A stretch of DNA of 64,000 bases. It comes from a virus. Lineage: Duplodnaviria > Heunggongvirae > Uroviricota > Caudoviricetes. The stretch is taken from positions 49,317 to 113,316 of IMG/VR virus record IMGVR_UViG_3300038968_000013, one strand, 5' to 3'. Position 1 is the first letter of the stretch. Each line of letters opens with the position of its first letter. Below the pieces are notes generated by a model. The model was not told where the DNA came from, did not search any database, and saw only the letters and a program-made list of their open reading frames with translations. A program made the position numbers and the translations under genes. This document shows, in pieces, positions 31,005-40,547 of this stretch.

Positions 31005-31773
31005 CTTTTTCCACCACTTCTTCTACCGAGATTTCTTCGAGGCACGGGGCAATCCCGTGTACCGCCACATCACAATCCAACTTCCAGCACGGTGAGCAAA
31101 CAATCTGCGACTCGCACCACACGTCGTCAGGGTACCCCACGACGCTGCGCTGCTCCCGTCCACCAGCGATCACGACTGACCGAGTGCCAACGGCGTTCGC
31201 GAGATGCATTGGGCCACTGATAGGGCCAACGTGGCACAATGCATCTGCAAGCATAACGAGTGTTTCGGGTAGCGGCTTCCCCATACAGAGCGAGAGGCAC
31301 CCGATATCTGGGTCCGTGAGTCCACCAATCTGAACTACGTAGACGCCTAGGTCACGTACGTCACTAACAAGCTTCCGCCACTTCTCTAGCGGCCATCGCT
31401 TGGTATTCCCTGCCCATGCCCCTGCGGTGCTCTGCACGGTCACGTAGCGGAATTCCGAGAAGGCGTGGTTGCCTTCTACGCGCGCGAACAGCTGCACGCG
31501 CCCTGGAGGTTCAAGCCCCAGCTTGCGACACATGAACACAACCATGTGCTCATCGCCGCAGACCCGCATATCATCCAACTCCGGGAAACTTCTGGCGCCA
31601 TCCCATGGCACCGCTTCTCCGATGTAGGGGTTCCCGGCAAACAGTTCCGGGTATGCGGATGAAACTACCGGTCGAACACCACGCTGCTGATAAATCTCTC
31701 GCGCCACTGCCGAGAGAAGTATTGCATCGCCGATACCGGGACCGCCCGCGCTAATCCTCTCATACGAGAGCAT
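30979..31773 (-). CDS. glycosyltransferase family 9 (heptosyltransferase-like), second copy
   Basis: GIGDAILLSAVAREI N-terminus and GPISGPMHLANAVGTRSVVIAGG signature. Confidence 0.65.
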   Translation of the reverse strand: MLSYERISAGGPGIGDAILLSAVAREIYQQRGVRPVVSSAYPELFAGNPYIGEAVPWDGARSFPELDDMRVCGDEHMVVFMCRKLGLEPPGRVQLFARVEGNHAFSEFRYVTVQSTAGAWAGNTKRWPLEKWRKLVSDVRDLGVYVVQIGGLTDPDIGCLSLCMGKPLPETLVMLADALCHVGPISGPMHLANAVGTRSVVIAGGREQRSVVGYPDDVWCESQIVCSPCWKLDCDVAVHGIAPCLEEISVEEVVEKVAQVIRNH

Positions 31774-32383
31774 TGTAGGCGCAGAGAGGTCGATTCACGA
31801 ACAGAAACTCAAGGGGCTTCTTGTTGTAGATCGCCTGGTAGAACTCGCCGTCGTTCACGGACGAATTCACATTCCAGCGTTCGTCGCCCACTAGCTCGAT
31901 CGGGATGCAGCCTTGTGCCGTATCGATCCCGCATGGACGCACATTCTGTGGAGCCGCGATGCAGCGATACGAACCATCGAGGTTCACCTGATCGTAGAAG
32001 AAGCCCTTGCTAGGAAACTCCTTCATCAGGAACTGAATCGTCTCAAGATAGCTCGTGAGCATCAGGTTGTCGTCATCAAGGAAGCAGATGCGACACTTTC
32101 CACGCTCCGTGAGGTAGTCGAGGACTTCGTTACGCTCCGCTGTCCCGCCGATACCGGGAGACTCGCAGCGCGTCTTCACGACGTATATACCGTCTTCCCA
32201 TCCCTGCTTCTCTTGCAGGGGGATAAAGTGCGCATGCGACTGCCACCAGACAATCGGCAGCGTGCTCTTCTCCATCGACATGCGAATCGACTTCTCTACG
32301 AACGGCAGGTTGTCGAGGCGTGTTACCGGCGTGATGATGACGAACGGGTATTCAAACTCGTGTAGATTTACATCTAGCTTCAT
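31760..32383 (-). CDS. glycosyltransferase, GT-A fold
   Basis: Likely start MKLDVN. FVIITPVTR is a GT2-type N-terminus. CFLDDDN provides a DxD motif. Confidence 0.5.
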   Translation of the reverse strand: MKLDVNLHEFEYPFVIITPVTRLDNLPFVEKSIRMSMEKSTLPIVWWQSHAHFIPLQEKQGWEDGIYVVKTRCESPGIGGTAERNEVLDYLTERGKCRICFLDDDNLMLTSYLETIQFLMKEFPSKGFFYDQVNLDGSYRCIAAPQNVRPCGIDTAQGCIPIELVGDERWNVNSSVNDGEFYQAIYNKKPLEFLFVNRPLCAYNALV

Positions 32384-32880
32384 GGTTGCTTCTGCCCCTC
32401 GATCTTGCAGTGCCCCTCGATCCACCCTGAGGCAACCTCGCGCGTCTCCGGTGAGAGAGATTGGACTAGAGAGAACGGCGCAAACTCAGCGAGGATGATC
32501 ACCATGGCTGTAATTGCCGCTGCCTTATCTAGCGAGGCGTCTTCCGTTAGGATCTCAGCATGGGCCGCGAGCTTAAACATGTACCGCTCTGACAGCACAC
32601 AGCTTGGCGTGATGAATGCCGAGACACGCGCGACCGCAGGGTTGTTGAAGAATGTTGTGGACTCTTCGCCCCCAAGGTTGTTGCGCGCCGCTTCTTTCAC
32701 CATCCAGCGTTGGAAGAAATCCGAAGCGAGATACTTGACGTTCTCGTAAAAAACAGAGTCGAGATACTGACCTAGGTGGTCTTCCCCGGTGCCAGATCCT
32801 TGCGCAGATGGAAGCCATCCAACACTTGGCTCCATGCACCGACTCGCCGATTCGCTGAGACCACTGCCGCTAATCCACAT
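32380..32880 (-). CDS. hypothetical protein
   Basis: 166-aa ORF within the glycan island. No motif recognised. Confidence 0.3.
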   Translation of the reverse strand: MWISGSGLSESASRCMEPSVGWLPSAQGSGTGEDHLGQYLDSVFYENVKYLASDFFQRWMVKEAARNNLGGEESTTFFNNPAVARVSAFITPSCVLSERYMFKLAAHAEILTEDASLDKAAAITAMVIILAEFAPFSLVQSLSPETREVASGWIEGHCKIEGQKQP

Positions 32881-33386
32881 AGACCACCCTTACCCACGTA
32901 CGCTTTCGCGCCGAGCACCACTCCAGCTTGTAGAGTCGCAAAGTCACATACGCGTGCTTCCGCTCCTACAATGACACCTGACCCGATCATCACATGGCTG
33001 CCGAGTTCGGCACCGTCCATGATCAGGGCTCCAGGCATGACAATACTACCGACCCCGATCTTTGCTGAAGAGGCGATGACAGCCGTTGGCGCCTTCACGC
33101 TCCTGATCGGCCAAACCCGCTTCTCCTGACGGGCACTCAGCACAGGCGTAAGAGCCGCCGCGCGTTGCACCGGATCAGGATTCGTAAAGACCAGTTGCCC
33201 GGTGACGGGCATTTCCGCTAGCGCCTCGGTGAACCCGATGATGCGCAGCCCGTGAAACGTTGTCCCGATTTCGCCGTACCCGCGATCCGCGAGTACTTCA
33301 ATGTCCACCAACGGATTCGCATCCATCAGCAGATTTGCAACTGTGCGTGCTTCTTGGCTCGCTCCTACAAGAAAAACCTTCGACAA
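32772..33386 (-). CDS. sugar acetyltransferase, NeuD/PglD-like (left-handed beta-helix)
   Basis: N-terminal Rossmann-like MSKVFLVGAS... followed by hexapeptide-repeat stretches (IGVGSIVMPGALIMDGAELGSHVMIGSGVIVGAEARV). Confidence 0.6.
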   Translation of the reverse strand: MSKVFLVGASQEARTVANLLMDANPLVDIEVLADRGYGEIGTTFHGLRIIGFTEALAEMPVTGQLVFTNPDPVQRAAALTPVLSARQEKRVWPIRSVKAPTAVIASSAKIGVGSIVMPGALIMDGAELGSHVMIGSGVIVGAEARVCDFATLQAGVVLGAKAYVGKGGLCGLAAVVSANRRVGAWSQVLDGFHLRKDLAPGKTT

Positions 33387-33391
33387 CGGAC

Positions 33392-33775
33392 CTACCTCAG
33401 ACCCGCAAGAAGGTAGCTAACTGCGCTAGCTAGAACCTCAGGCTTGTCATGGAAAAACGCGATGCCCGTATTACACTTACGACACAGGAGACCACGCACT
33501 CGACCAGTAGCATGACAGTGGTCCACCGCAAGACGACCATTCTTAGCGCGCTCAGGGGACTTACAGATCGCACAAACGTGCCCCTGTAGCTTTAGGAGCG
33601 TTTCGTACTCAGCAAAAGATATCCCGTATCGCTTAACCTCAACCGCAATACGACACTGACCGCACTTGACGTGATTAGGGTTTTCCCTGCTGATGTATTT
33701 ATACTTTGCGTCGTGACCCTTCGCGCATGGTGTCTTCAGCTTACGAAGGATGCGACCCCGAACCGGTGCATCCAT
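33392..33775 (-). CDS. recombination endonuclease VII (Holliday junction resolvase)
   Basis: CAIC...LAVDHCHATGRVRGLLCRKCN matches the Endo VII zinc/HNH-like core. Confidence 0.65.
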   Translation of the reverse strand: MDAPVRGRILRKLKTPCAKGHDAKYKYISRENPNHVKCGQCRIAVEVKRYGISFAEYETLLKLQGHVCAICKSPERAKNGRLAVDHCHATGRVRGLLCRKCNTGIAFFHDKPEVLASAVSYLLAGLR

Positions 33776-33818
33776 TTACGCCGGTAGTTTCTCACAGAAC
33801 CCATTGAAAGTCAAGGAA

Positions 33819-34349
33819 TTACATGAGGTTTTTCCATGAAACCCGGTCGATGATGTTCGCGATGGTTTTGCGGGTCACCTTGTATTGTCGCGCAAGGTCG
33901 CCGAGCGTAAAGAGCTTCGAGGCGTACTTCTTTCGGATCGTCAATACTTCGGCCGGTCCCAAAGTAGCGCGGGGTTGTCCTGGACGACTGCCTGGACGCC
34001 CGCGTCCTTTAGAATAGCAGTCACGAATGTTAGCCTTTCGGGAGTCAACACGGATATGAGCTGGATTAACGCATAGCTTATTATCGCAAGCATGAAGGCA
34101 GTCTTGAGTACGCGGAATACTTGCAACATTATGTTCCAGCATGTAGCTGAACCGATGAGCCCCGAGAAGTCGCGGTCGTCCACTTGGCGTTTGTTCTCCG
34201 GTGTACGCGGCGCCGTAACCATCAGAGCTAACCGCGCCTTGCCACCACCAGCAGTCTGTTGTCTTTCGTACCTTCGCATAGAACCGATCCTTGATCAGCG
34301 ACGGCCATACCTTGGTTTCTATGGCGTACCCGTTGGGTGGTACCCGCAA
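33819..34349 (-). CDS. HNH homing-type endonuclease (HNH_3-like)
   Basis: HRFSYMLEHN ... CLHACDNKLCVNPAHIR. Confidence 0.6.
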   Translation of the reverse strand: MRVPPNGYAIETKVWPSLIKDRFYAKVRKTTDCWWWQGAVSSDGYGAAYTGEQTPSGRPRLLGAHRFSYMLEHNVASIPRTQDCLHACDNKLCVNPAHIRVDSRKANIRDCYSKGRGRPGSRPGQPRATLGPAEVLTIRKKYASKLFTLGDLARQYKVTRKTIANIIDRVSWKNLM

Positions 34350-34771
34350 AACTCACAGTCGCTATAACCGTGTCGAGTACAGACCGACATCATGGGGTCG
34401 CGCGGTTGTGGTCGCTCGATCGTTACCGTTGGTACTCCACCAAACCATGATGCTGACGAAAAAATCTGCGATGCCGGTGGCCCCGCATGTAGCTTGCATT
34501 CCTTCCGCTCGATCTCCGGATCGCAGATGATCTTCTGAAGGCCCATCAGGGCACGACATGCCCCGTGTGCTGCTTCCGTCTCGGCGCCATCTTCGGCGTT
34601 ACGAATGGCCACACTGAAATGCACAATCGCGCGTAGCAGATGTTCCTGCCACGTTTGATCGAGCCACTTGTGACCCTTGTTGCTATCGTGTGCTTCGAGT
34701 AGTTCGTCGACCCGCGCTAGTGCATCAACCAGCTCTGGCCCCAAAATTCGTGTTCTCTCTTGCTTCAGCAT
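34319..34771 (-). CDS. hypothetical protein
   Basis: Track ORF 34319..34864, with a likely internal start at MLKQER. Confidence 0.3.
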   Translation of the reverse strand: MLKQERTRILGPELVDALARVDELLEAHDSNKGHKWLDQTWQEHLLRAIVHFSVAIRNAEDGAETEAAHGACRALMGLQKIICDPEIERKECKLHAGPPASQIFSSASWFGGVPTVTIERPQPRDPMMSVCTRHGYSDCEFCGYHPTGTP

Positions 34772-35204
34772 CTTTCCTCTTCTTCCGCTCCTCAGCCTGT
34801 ACGATCTTTTTCGCATCCGCTTGCAACCGCTTAATGAACGCGTCTGCCTCAGGGGTACGGTCACCCTCTTTCAGGATGCGATACATCGTCCGCACCTCGT
34901 CCTTGCACCGCTCCACCCGTAGCTTCCAGATTGCCTCACGCAGCGCCGTGATCTTCGCACCACCAAACGAAATGATGCCGATGTCTTCCACGACGTCGAT
35001 TGCGGCGTTCTCTAGTCCGAGCCACGCCTTCTCGTATTCGTCTGACTGCTCCGGGTAGGTGTTCTTCCACATAGGCTCCGGAAGGACGATTTTCTTCTTT
35101 GGCTTACTTGCCACGACTCCACCTCTTCCGCTTCTTCTGTGTTCCGTGCTTCTTGTGATGCTTCCGGTTCTCGCCGCGATTCGGAGGACAGAGCGCGCAC
35201 CCAA
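34725..35204 (-). CDS. hypothetical protein
   Basis: 159 aa, helical and Lys/Glu-rich C-terminus. Confidence 0.3.
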   Translation of the reverse strand: MGARSVLRIAARTGSITRSTEHRRSGRGGVVASKPKKKIVLPEPMWKNTYPEQSDEYEKAWLGLENAAIDVVEDIGIISFGGAKITALREAIWKLRVERCKDEVRTMYRILKEGDRTPEADAFIKRLQADAKKIVQAEERKKRKDAEARENTNFGARAG

Positions 35205-35242
35205 GGTTCAATTGCCTACGGATGCGGTCATCCATCTGCGAG

Positions 35243-35653
35243 TTAACGTCTTCGGCCTTTAGTAGCGTCTTCGCCCGGTGGATCATACTCGACTACGAAT
35301 TCCTCCGTGGGCTTGCCGAGTTCTGCTGCGCGGTCGCGGGTCCAACCGCTTCCGTAAGATTTGGATCGGGACCAGGCGATACGAACCAGCCGCTCACATC
35401 GTTCCGCGATTTCTCGATTTCGAGACATATATCCGCGAAGTTTGCCTCGATTACCCCACTGCGCGACTTCGGGTAGAAAGATACATGTAGGGATTCCGCG
35501 TCGCGTGGCGGCTTCAGCTGCCAACGTGTCAACGCCCAGAGCCCCGCCAGATACCACCTCAGAAGGCTGATATTTGTCCAGAACCTCTTCCACAATCCGT
35601 TTCGCTTCTTCACTCTCACCTAACGCCACCGATCCTACGATTGCTAGTCGCAC
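35243..35653 (-). CDS. SLOG / DUF2493-like Rossmann protein (DprA-LOG superfamily)
   Basis: MRLAIVGSVALG...VVSGGALGVDTLAAEAA matches the pattern. Confidence 0.45.
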   Translation of the reverse strand: MRLAIVGSVALGESEEAKRIVEEVLDKYQPSEVVSGGALGVDTLAAEAATRRGIPTCIFLPEVAQWGNRGKLRGYMSRNREIAERCERLVRIAWSRSKSYGSGWTRDRAAELGKPTEEFVVEYDPPGEDATKGRRR

Positions 35654-35856
35654 GGAATCGCCTCCTCTAGTTGGATGCTCACCCGCAGGATCTGCGCGCC
35701 CTTATAGTGATGGCACCGCACCGCAGACTTCGCGTGGTTGATCTGGCGATACACCTTTGCGCGCTCGATCTTCTTGGTCAGCTTATGACCGCGCCCGCCG
35801 CAGAAGTATTCGCCGTTGTGCTCAACGATGTATCCCTTGAACGTCTCGTCAAACAT
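35644..35856 (-). CDS. hypothetical protein
   Basis: Likely start MFDETFKGY, which contains CGG..H.. Cys/His. The upstream part of the track ORF looks like non-coding shadow. Confidence 0.3.
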   Translation of the reverse strand: MFDETFKGYIVEHNGEYFCGGRGHKLTKKIERAKVYRQINHAKSAVRCHHYKGAQILRVSIQLEEAIPCD

Positions 35857-36061
35857 TATTGTTCCAGTGCTGCTGTCTGTGGAGAGCATCCTGGTCCATC
35901 TGGGTGACGTACACCATTTCGACGGTCCATAGCTCTGCGTAGTTGTCTCCGGACATCGTAAGCTGCGCGCCTGAGTGAATACCACTCCGCATCGGCAGCC
36001 ACACGACGGCCCGCTCGTCTCCTTTACGGAGCATGACTTGTTTCATTCGTTGGTTGGTCAT
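35849..36061 (-). CDS. hypothetical protein
   Basis: 70-aa ORF with protein-like composition. Confidence 0.3.
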   Translation of the reverse strand: MTNQRMKQVMLRKGDERAVVWLPMRSGIHSGAQLTMSGDNYAELWTVEMVYVTQMDQDALHRQQHWNNNV

Positions 36062-36303
36062 AAGAAAGGTGCCCCTTGCAGTATTGCGCCTCCGGTTTCA
36101 GCCGTCGCTTACTCCTGCTAGTTTTGATAAGGAGGAGGGGCTAGCTCTAAAGATTCCCGTACTCGATACACCAGTCGTACGCGTCGCGGTGCTCTACACG
36201 ATCCTGCCAGTCTTTTGGCTTCTCGGTATAGCGACGTTCGCGGTAGGTGTTGCCCTTGCCGCAGACCGGACAGTAGGCATACGTGATGTGGTACCAGTGC
36301 GGC

Positions 36304-36660
36304 CTAGGCGTGGGCATAGATGGTTTCTTTCCAGGCGAAAGGTAGGTCGTAGACGAAGTGGTAACGTTGCTTCAGGATCTCGACCATGCGCTTCCTGCCA
36401 TCCTCGTTGATCGAGTGGCAGATCACCGACACGCCGAACTTTGCGACGTCAGGGTTCCCGATCATCCACTGCGCGAGACCGGTGCCGTCCATTTCCGTGC
36501 CGAGGTCGTGATCGAGCATGATCACGTCGTACGGAAACGACATCAGCAGCCGTTGCGCGTGGTAGGGATTCTTCGCGTAGTCCGTCTCGTGGTGTGGATT
36601 ATTCCACGAGTACTCTTTGAACCGCTCGACCTCATCGTCCACAAACAACACCCGCATCAC
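36304..36660 (-). CDS. orphan response-regulator receiver (REC/CheY-like) domain protein
   Basis: MMRVLFVDDE...YDVIMLDHDLG shows the acidic pocket and phospho-acceptor Asp context of REC domains. No output domain is present. Confidence 0.5.
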   Translation of the reverse strand: MMRVLFVDDEVERFKEYSWNNPHHETDYAKNPYHAQRLLMSFPYDVIMLDHDLGTEMDGTGLAQWMIGNPDVAKFGVSVICHSINEDGRKRMVEILKQRYHFVYDLPFAWKETIYAHA

Positions 36661-36944
36661 ACCACCCCGTACTCGATCTTCAGGTTCTCGTCGCGCATCA
36701 TGTCATCCACGCGCGCATCGATTGACTCGTACCCACGAAGCCGCGCCGCTGTTTCCATCCGTAGCCAAGTTTGGAATTGCTTACTCTTAGCCATGCGGAG
36801 AAACGCGAGGCGCTTGTTCTCGTGCTGAGAACGCGTATCCTGCGCCGTGCCTACAGCTCCGCTAAAGACGGTGGCGACACCGACAGGCTGAAGACGTCTT
36901 CTGCTTCTTCTGGCCACCGTGACCAGATCCACGGAAGAATTCAA
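36657..36944 (-). CDS. hypothetical protein
   Basis: 95-aa ORF. Confidence 0.25.
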   Translation of the reverse strand: MNSSVDLVTVARRSRRRLQPVGVATVFSGAVGTAQDTRSQHENKRLAFLRMAKSKQFQTWLRMETAARLRGYESIDARVDDMMRDENLKIEYGVV

Positions 36945-37092
36945 ACTCTAGGTCTTTCGACCCCACACTAAAAAGTAGCTCTTTCATGCTTAGTCCGTTG
37001 TTACTGCTACCGCGATGTCGATAATCGCCTCACCGAGGCAGAAGAACATTTCCGCCACCTCGATCAATCCTCGCCACACCCATCCGCCGCGC

Positions 37093-37347
37093 TTAGGCTT
37101 TTTCATCTTCCCAGACGATCTCGGTTGCCCCATCGTGCCCATGGATTGCTTCAAGCACAGAGATGGAGTCGTAGATTGCCACACAGCTGGTCGGCTTTAA
37201 CCAGCTGAGGGCGCATTTCCCGTTCGTGAATTCGATTCCTTCCGCAACGACACCAGTTCCCGATACTCCGGAGATATCTTCGTTGCGTTGAAGCCAGAAT
37301 CTCTTGTTGGTCACCTTAGGTTTGTTACTGGTTTTCGATCGCCCCAA
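37093..37347 (-). CDS. hypothetical protein
   Basis: 84-aa ORF. Confidence 0.25.
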   Translation of the reverse strand: MGRSKTSNKPKVTNKRFWLQRNEDISGVSGTGVVAEGIEFTNGKCALSWLKPTSCVAIYDSISVLEAIHGHDGATEIVWEDEKA

Positions 37348-37747
37348 GCGTTACCTCGATGGATGCTACCGTTGCCTCGGTGACACTGATACTCTCCGAG
37401 GTGCCCGTCAGTACTACGTCGTCCTTCGTCCAGGTGACGATGACAGCGCACATACCAGCCGCCTTGCCTACAAGCTTCGGTACACCCAGCTCGTCTACCA
37501 CTTCGCCTACGTTCGAATCGTTGACGGAGTAGGCAAGCGTCCCGCCATCAAGCGAAACCACCTTCCCTGCCGCCGACTTCCCTGTCACTACAACGGTGAC
37601 CTTCTGCTCTGTGCTGATTGTTGCCATAGGATATCCTTTGTCGTCTAAGAGTTTAACTACAATGTATGCCGGTTCTGCATATGCGCGCGCGATGATGATA
37701 AGACACAGCAGGAACAGGCATACGGCGAGCGCCACCAGTTCGAACAT
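37325..37747 (-). CDS. membrane-anchored Ig-like (Big_2-type) protein
   Basis: Likely start MFELVALAVCLFLLCLIIIARAYA (TM or signal sequence) followed by a beta-rich Ig-like region. Confidence 0.35.
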   Translation of the reverse strand: MFELVALAVCLFLLCLIIIARAYAEPAYIVVKLLDDKGYPMATISTEQKVTVVVTGKSAAGKVVSLDGGTLAYSVNDSNVGEVVDELGVPKLVGKAAGMCAVIVTWTKDDVVLTGTSESISVTEATVASIEVTLGAIENQ

Positions 37748-37917
37748 GTTAGTGGGCGCAGTTACGAAACACAGGGGCACCACCCCATGTGATCTGAGGT
37801 ACTACTCGCATACCCCACTCACGCTTGCACGAGGTGCAATAGCGGACCTGGCATGTGTAGCAGTACACAATCGATGGATGCAGACAGTGCCAGTGGGTGT
37901 GGGTATGGTGCTGATGG

Positions 37918-38211
37918 TTATGCGTATAGGTCATCGTCTTCTTCTAGTTCCTTTGCTAGCTCTGCAGGGATCTCTGGACCGATCTTCACGGGGAACCCTT
38001 CCGGTTCCCACTCAGGGAAGAGTACTTCGCCTACCATGCAGAAAAAGTTATGCAGCCATGCTGCGGGTGGGATGAGCCAGTCGTAGACGACGTTCGTTCC
38101 GCGAAGGAAGTTCTCGCCGTCCTTTTCCCCGAAGTAGCAGGGGATTCCGTAGAAGCTGGCGTAATTCTGATACCTGTATGTTCGTCTCAAGTGCGCTCCA
38201 CGACTCGCCAT
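37918..38211 (-). CDS. hypothetical protein
   Basis: 97 aa with an acidic C-terminus. Confidence 0.3.
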   Translation of the reverse strand: MASRGAHLRRTYRYQNYASFYGIPCYFGEKDGENFLRGTNVVYDWLIPPAAWLHNFFCMVGEVLFPEWEPEGFPVKIGPEIPAELAKELEEDDDLYA

Positions 38212-38484
38212 TTCTTGAGAAGGCGGTCGACCAGCTCCTGGACGGAGGTGGTATGGGTATTGACAAGGAATTCAACGAGTTCTACGTATGACGCGTCGCG
38301 GTGGAGGCACCAGAAAGACATAGGTTGTGTAGTATTTTCATCCATGTTCTACAATATGCCGTGTGCGTTCCGCACTACTACTCTCACCTATTTCCGGGGC
38401 TTGCGCAGATCAGAAGGTTCCGCTAGCTATTCATCATCACGAAAGGAGGACGGTATCGCCAGCACGCGAACCGTTACATGAACA

Positions 38485-38841
38485 ATGCCGAAAACCATCA
38501 CATTCACCGAACAGCAGCTGCTGACGCTTCTTCGGGGAATCGCACCACAGCGCCAGACTAAGCTTTCCGTGAAAGACCTCGTACGTCTTTCTGGAAGCGC
38601 CGACCCCAACCTTCAGCTGTCGATTCGCGAAGCCATTCGCGCGACGCTGGAGGAACACGGGGAGTTGAAGTCTCGCGACATCAACTACCATCTGAAGCGC
38701 GACAACCTGCCTCTCGCTACCGCATCCACAAACCTCCCTGCACTCATTCAAACCACCCTCGGAACGATGCAAGCGAACAAGGAAGTCGTCCGACGTGGAA
38801 AGCGTGGACGCTCGACCTACCGACTCGCGAAAGCAGCGTGA
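38485..38841 (+). CDS. hypothetical DNA-binding-like protein
   Basis: 118-aa plus-strand ORF that converges on the terminator at 38937..38973. Confidence 0.4.
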   Translation: MPKTITFTEQQLLTLLRGIAPQRQTKLSVKDLVRLSGSADPNLQLSIREAIRATLEEHGELKSRDINYHLKRDNLPLATASTNLPALIQTTLGTMQANKEVVRRGKRGRSTYRLAKAA

Positions 38842-38936
38842 AGGGGGCGCTTCGAGAGACATACTAGCACCCCCACCACCACCCGTCAAGAAAAAGCGTG
38901 TGCGTGGTCTCGCCCCCCGTGCTGCGCACAAGAAAA

Positions 38937-38973
38937 GGGCCGGAACCCATCAGGGAACCGGCCCTTTCTCTTT
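38937..38973. terminator. bidirectional rho-independent terminator
   Basis: GGGCCGG(38937-43)...CCGGCCC(38958-64) stem with an inner CCC/GGG pair, followed by TTTCTCTTT. It is preceded by AAAAG, so it also works for the minus strand. Confidence 0.55.
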
Positions 38974-39318
38974 ACCGCTCCACATTGCCACCCCACCGGG
39001 CTGCAGCCGGGTGTGTGGACTGGACCCTCGTCATGGTCACACCGTCCGCGTTTCAACCCCTTCGCACTCGATCCTTCTCAGCTACTCCTTAGGACTCACC
39101 TTTTAAGGGCTTTGTTGGCCCTGCCAGCTGCAGGCTGGCGATGACCATCCCGTTTGGCTCCAGACCGAACACTACTCTTGGTGCGGATTTCCCTAGGCGT
39201 CCCTAGGGCATTGCTGTTGAAGGTCCTGCCCCCGTAGGGCTGCAACTAGCTCACCGGGCGACCTAGGCGCCTAGTACCCGTGTATTTTGCCGTGCAGCTG
39301 CCTACGGGGCACAGCTCG

Positions 39319-39542
39319 TTACGCCGCAGCCTGCGCCTTGGCTTCCTTCTTCTGCTTGTCGAACTCGTCGCAGCCGTCCGTGAGCATTGCCATCACGACG
39401 TCACGCTTGGTCACGCCCTGCGGACAGGACTTCGCGATCTTGCTGATGCGATCGAACAACGCGGGCGGGATCTTCACCGCCAGCAGCTTGTCTTCGTTCT
39501 CTTTCGCTTCCTTCTTCGTGAGCAGTTCCTTGATGTTCTTCA
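39319..39542 (-). CDS. ribbon-helix-helix (Arc/CopG-like) regulator, putative
   Basis: GTG start with a GGGAGG RBS 7 nt upstream. KLLAVKIPPALFDRISKIAK...VTKRDVVMAML fits an RHH beta-alpha-alpha layout. Confidence 0.4.
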
Positions 39543-39731
39543 CCGTGGTTCCTCCCTTTCGTGAGTGAGCTGCAACAGCTGACCACCGTACTACTACAGG
39601 TATGCTCAACTGTCAAGCCCAGAAAGCATGCCCCGGTCACTTCGTTTGCGACCGTCCAGGTGCGACGTACTCTCGCATACGTGAAACCATCTGTCAAGAG
39701 CGAAGAATTCATCAGCCATTCACCAGGGCAC

Positions 39732-39760
39732 TTGACACGGTGCGCCATATCCGCTAAAAT
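39732..39760 (+). promoter_or_regulatory. sigma70-like promoter TTGACA-N17-TAAAAT
   Basis: TTGACA at 39732-37, 17-nt spacer, TAAAAT at 39755-60. It lies upstream of the small operon ending at the terminator 40548..40599. Confidence 0.55.
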
Positions 39761-39791
39761 GGCTGCGAATACAGAGAAAAGGAGAATACAC

Positions 39792-39887
39792 ATGACGAAG
39801 ACAGACTCAATGGGAATCTTCGGAGTCGCATGGCTCGTCGTGCTGCTTGCATTCACGGTTTCTGCACGGTATGCTTTCCTTCCGTAA
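39792..39887 (+). CDS. small membrane peptide (31 aa)
   Basis: AGGAG RBS 8 nt before the ATG. MTKTDSMGIFGVAWLVVLLAFTVSARYAFLP has a single TM segment. It is below the track's length cut-off. Confidence 0.35.
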   Translation: MTKTDSMGIFGVAWLVVLLAFTVSARYAFLP

Positions 39888-39899
39888 GGAGGAAGCACC

Positions 39900-40196
39900 G
39901 TGCGATTCAAGACCCGCCCAAAAAAGACCAAGGCACTCCGGGCGCACGCAAAGCTCCGTGCGCTCCAACGCTACGACCTCGATCTCACCGCGAAGATGCG
40001 GCGCAAGATCATCGAGGAGATTCAGCAGCAACGTAGCATCCATCTCGAAACGCAATCCAATCGCGTCTCGATACACCTCGTCGAGATAGAGCAGCGCGAT
40101 ATCCGTGTGGTATACGACCGCACGCGCAAAGAAATCATTACCGTGCTGCCCCCGGAGAACGAGCATGCTCAAGTGGCTACCTGTCACGCTCTGTGA
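39900..40196 (+). CDS. hypothetical protein
   Basis: GTG start with an AAGGAGG RBS 7 nt upstream. 98 aa. Confidence 0.4.
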   Translation: MRFKTRPKKTKALRAHAKLRALQRYDLDLTAKMRRKIIEEIQQQRSIHLETQSNRVSIHLVEIEQRDIRVVYDRTRKEIITVLPPENEHAQVATCHAL

Positions 40197-40512
40197 TCCG
40201 CCACACTCCGTGTCGAGACCGAATCAGGTCGTCGATCTCGCAAACGACTTCCACGAAACCGGCTGGTATGGTCCCGCGCTCGTTGGGTATCCGCTCAACG
40301 GACGCATCCAGCTCCTGACCGGTTCGCATCGGTACGCTGCAGCTCGTCTCAGCGAGAAGGATCAGCTCCCCGTCTACTTGGTCTCACTCGCCGAGGTCGA
40401 GGCATTCTGGGGCAACGTCGGCCAATGGAAGCGCATTCTGAACAGCGCACCGCACGTCATCGCAGGATTCCCCGGCAAGCACTTTGTCGACCGTAAAGCG
40501 ATTCAACGCTAA
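40165..40512 (+). CDS. ParB-like (sulfiredoxin-fold) domain protein
   Basis: Likely start MLKWLP. LLTGSHRYAAARL resembles the ParB GxxR box. Confidence 0.45.
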   Translation: MLKWLPVTLCDPPHSVSRPNQVVDLANDFHETGWYGPALVGYPLNGRIQLLTGSHRYAAARLSEKDQLPVYLVSLAEVEAFWGNVGQWKRILNSAPHVIAGFPGKHFVDRKAIQR

Positions 40513-40547
40513 GGACGGACTCACCGGTCCCTGGCCAAAACTAGAAA

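Noticed and set aside
39401-39931. 176-aa minus ORF
   Set aside because: It crosses the plus-strand promoter and the small TM-peptide gene. Its composition is not protein-like.
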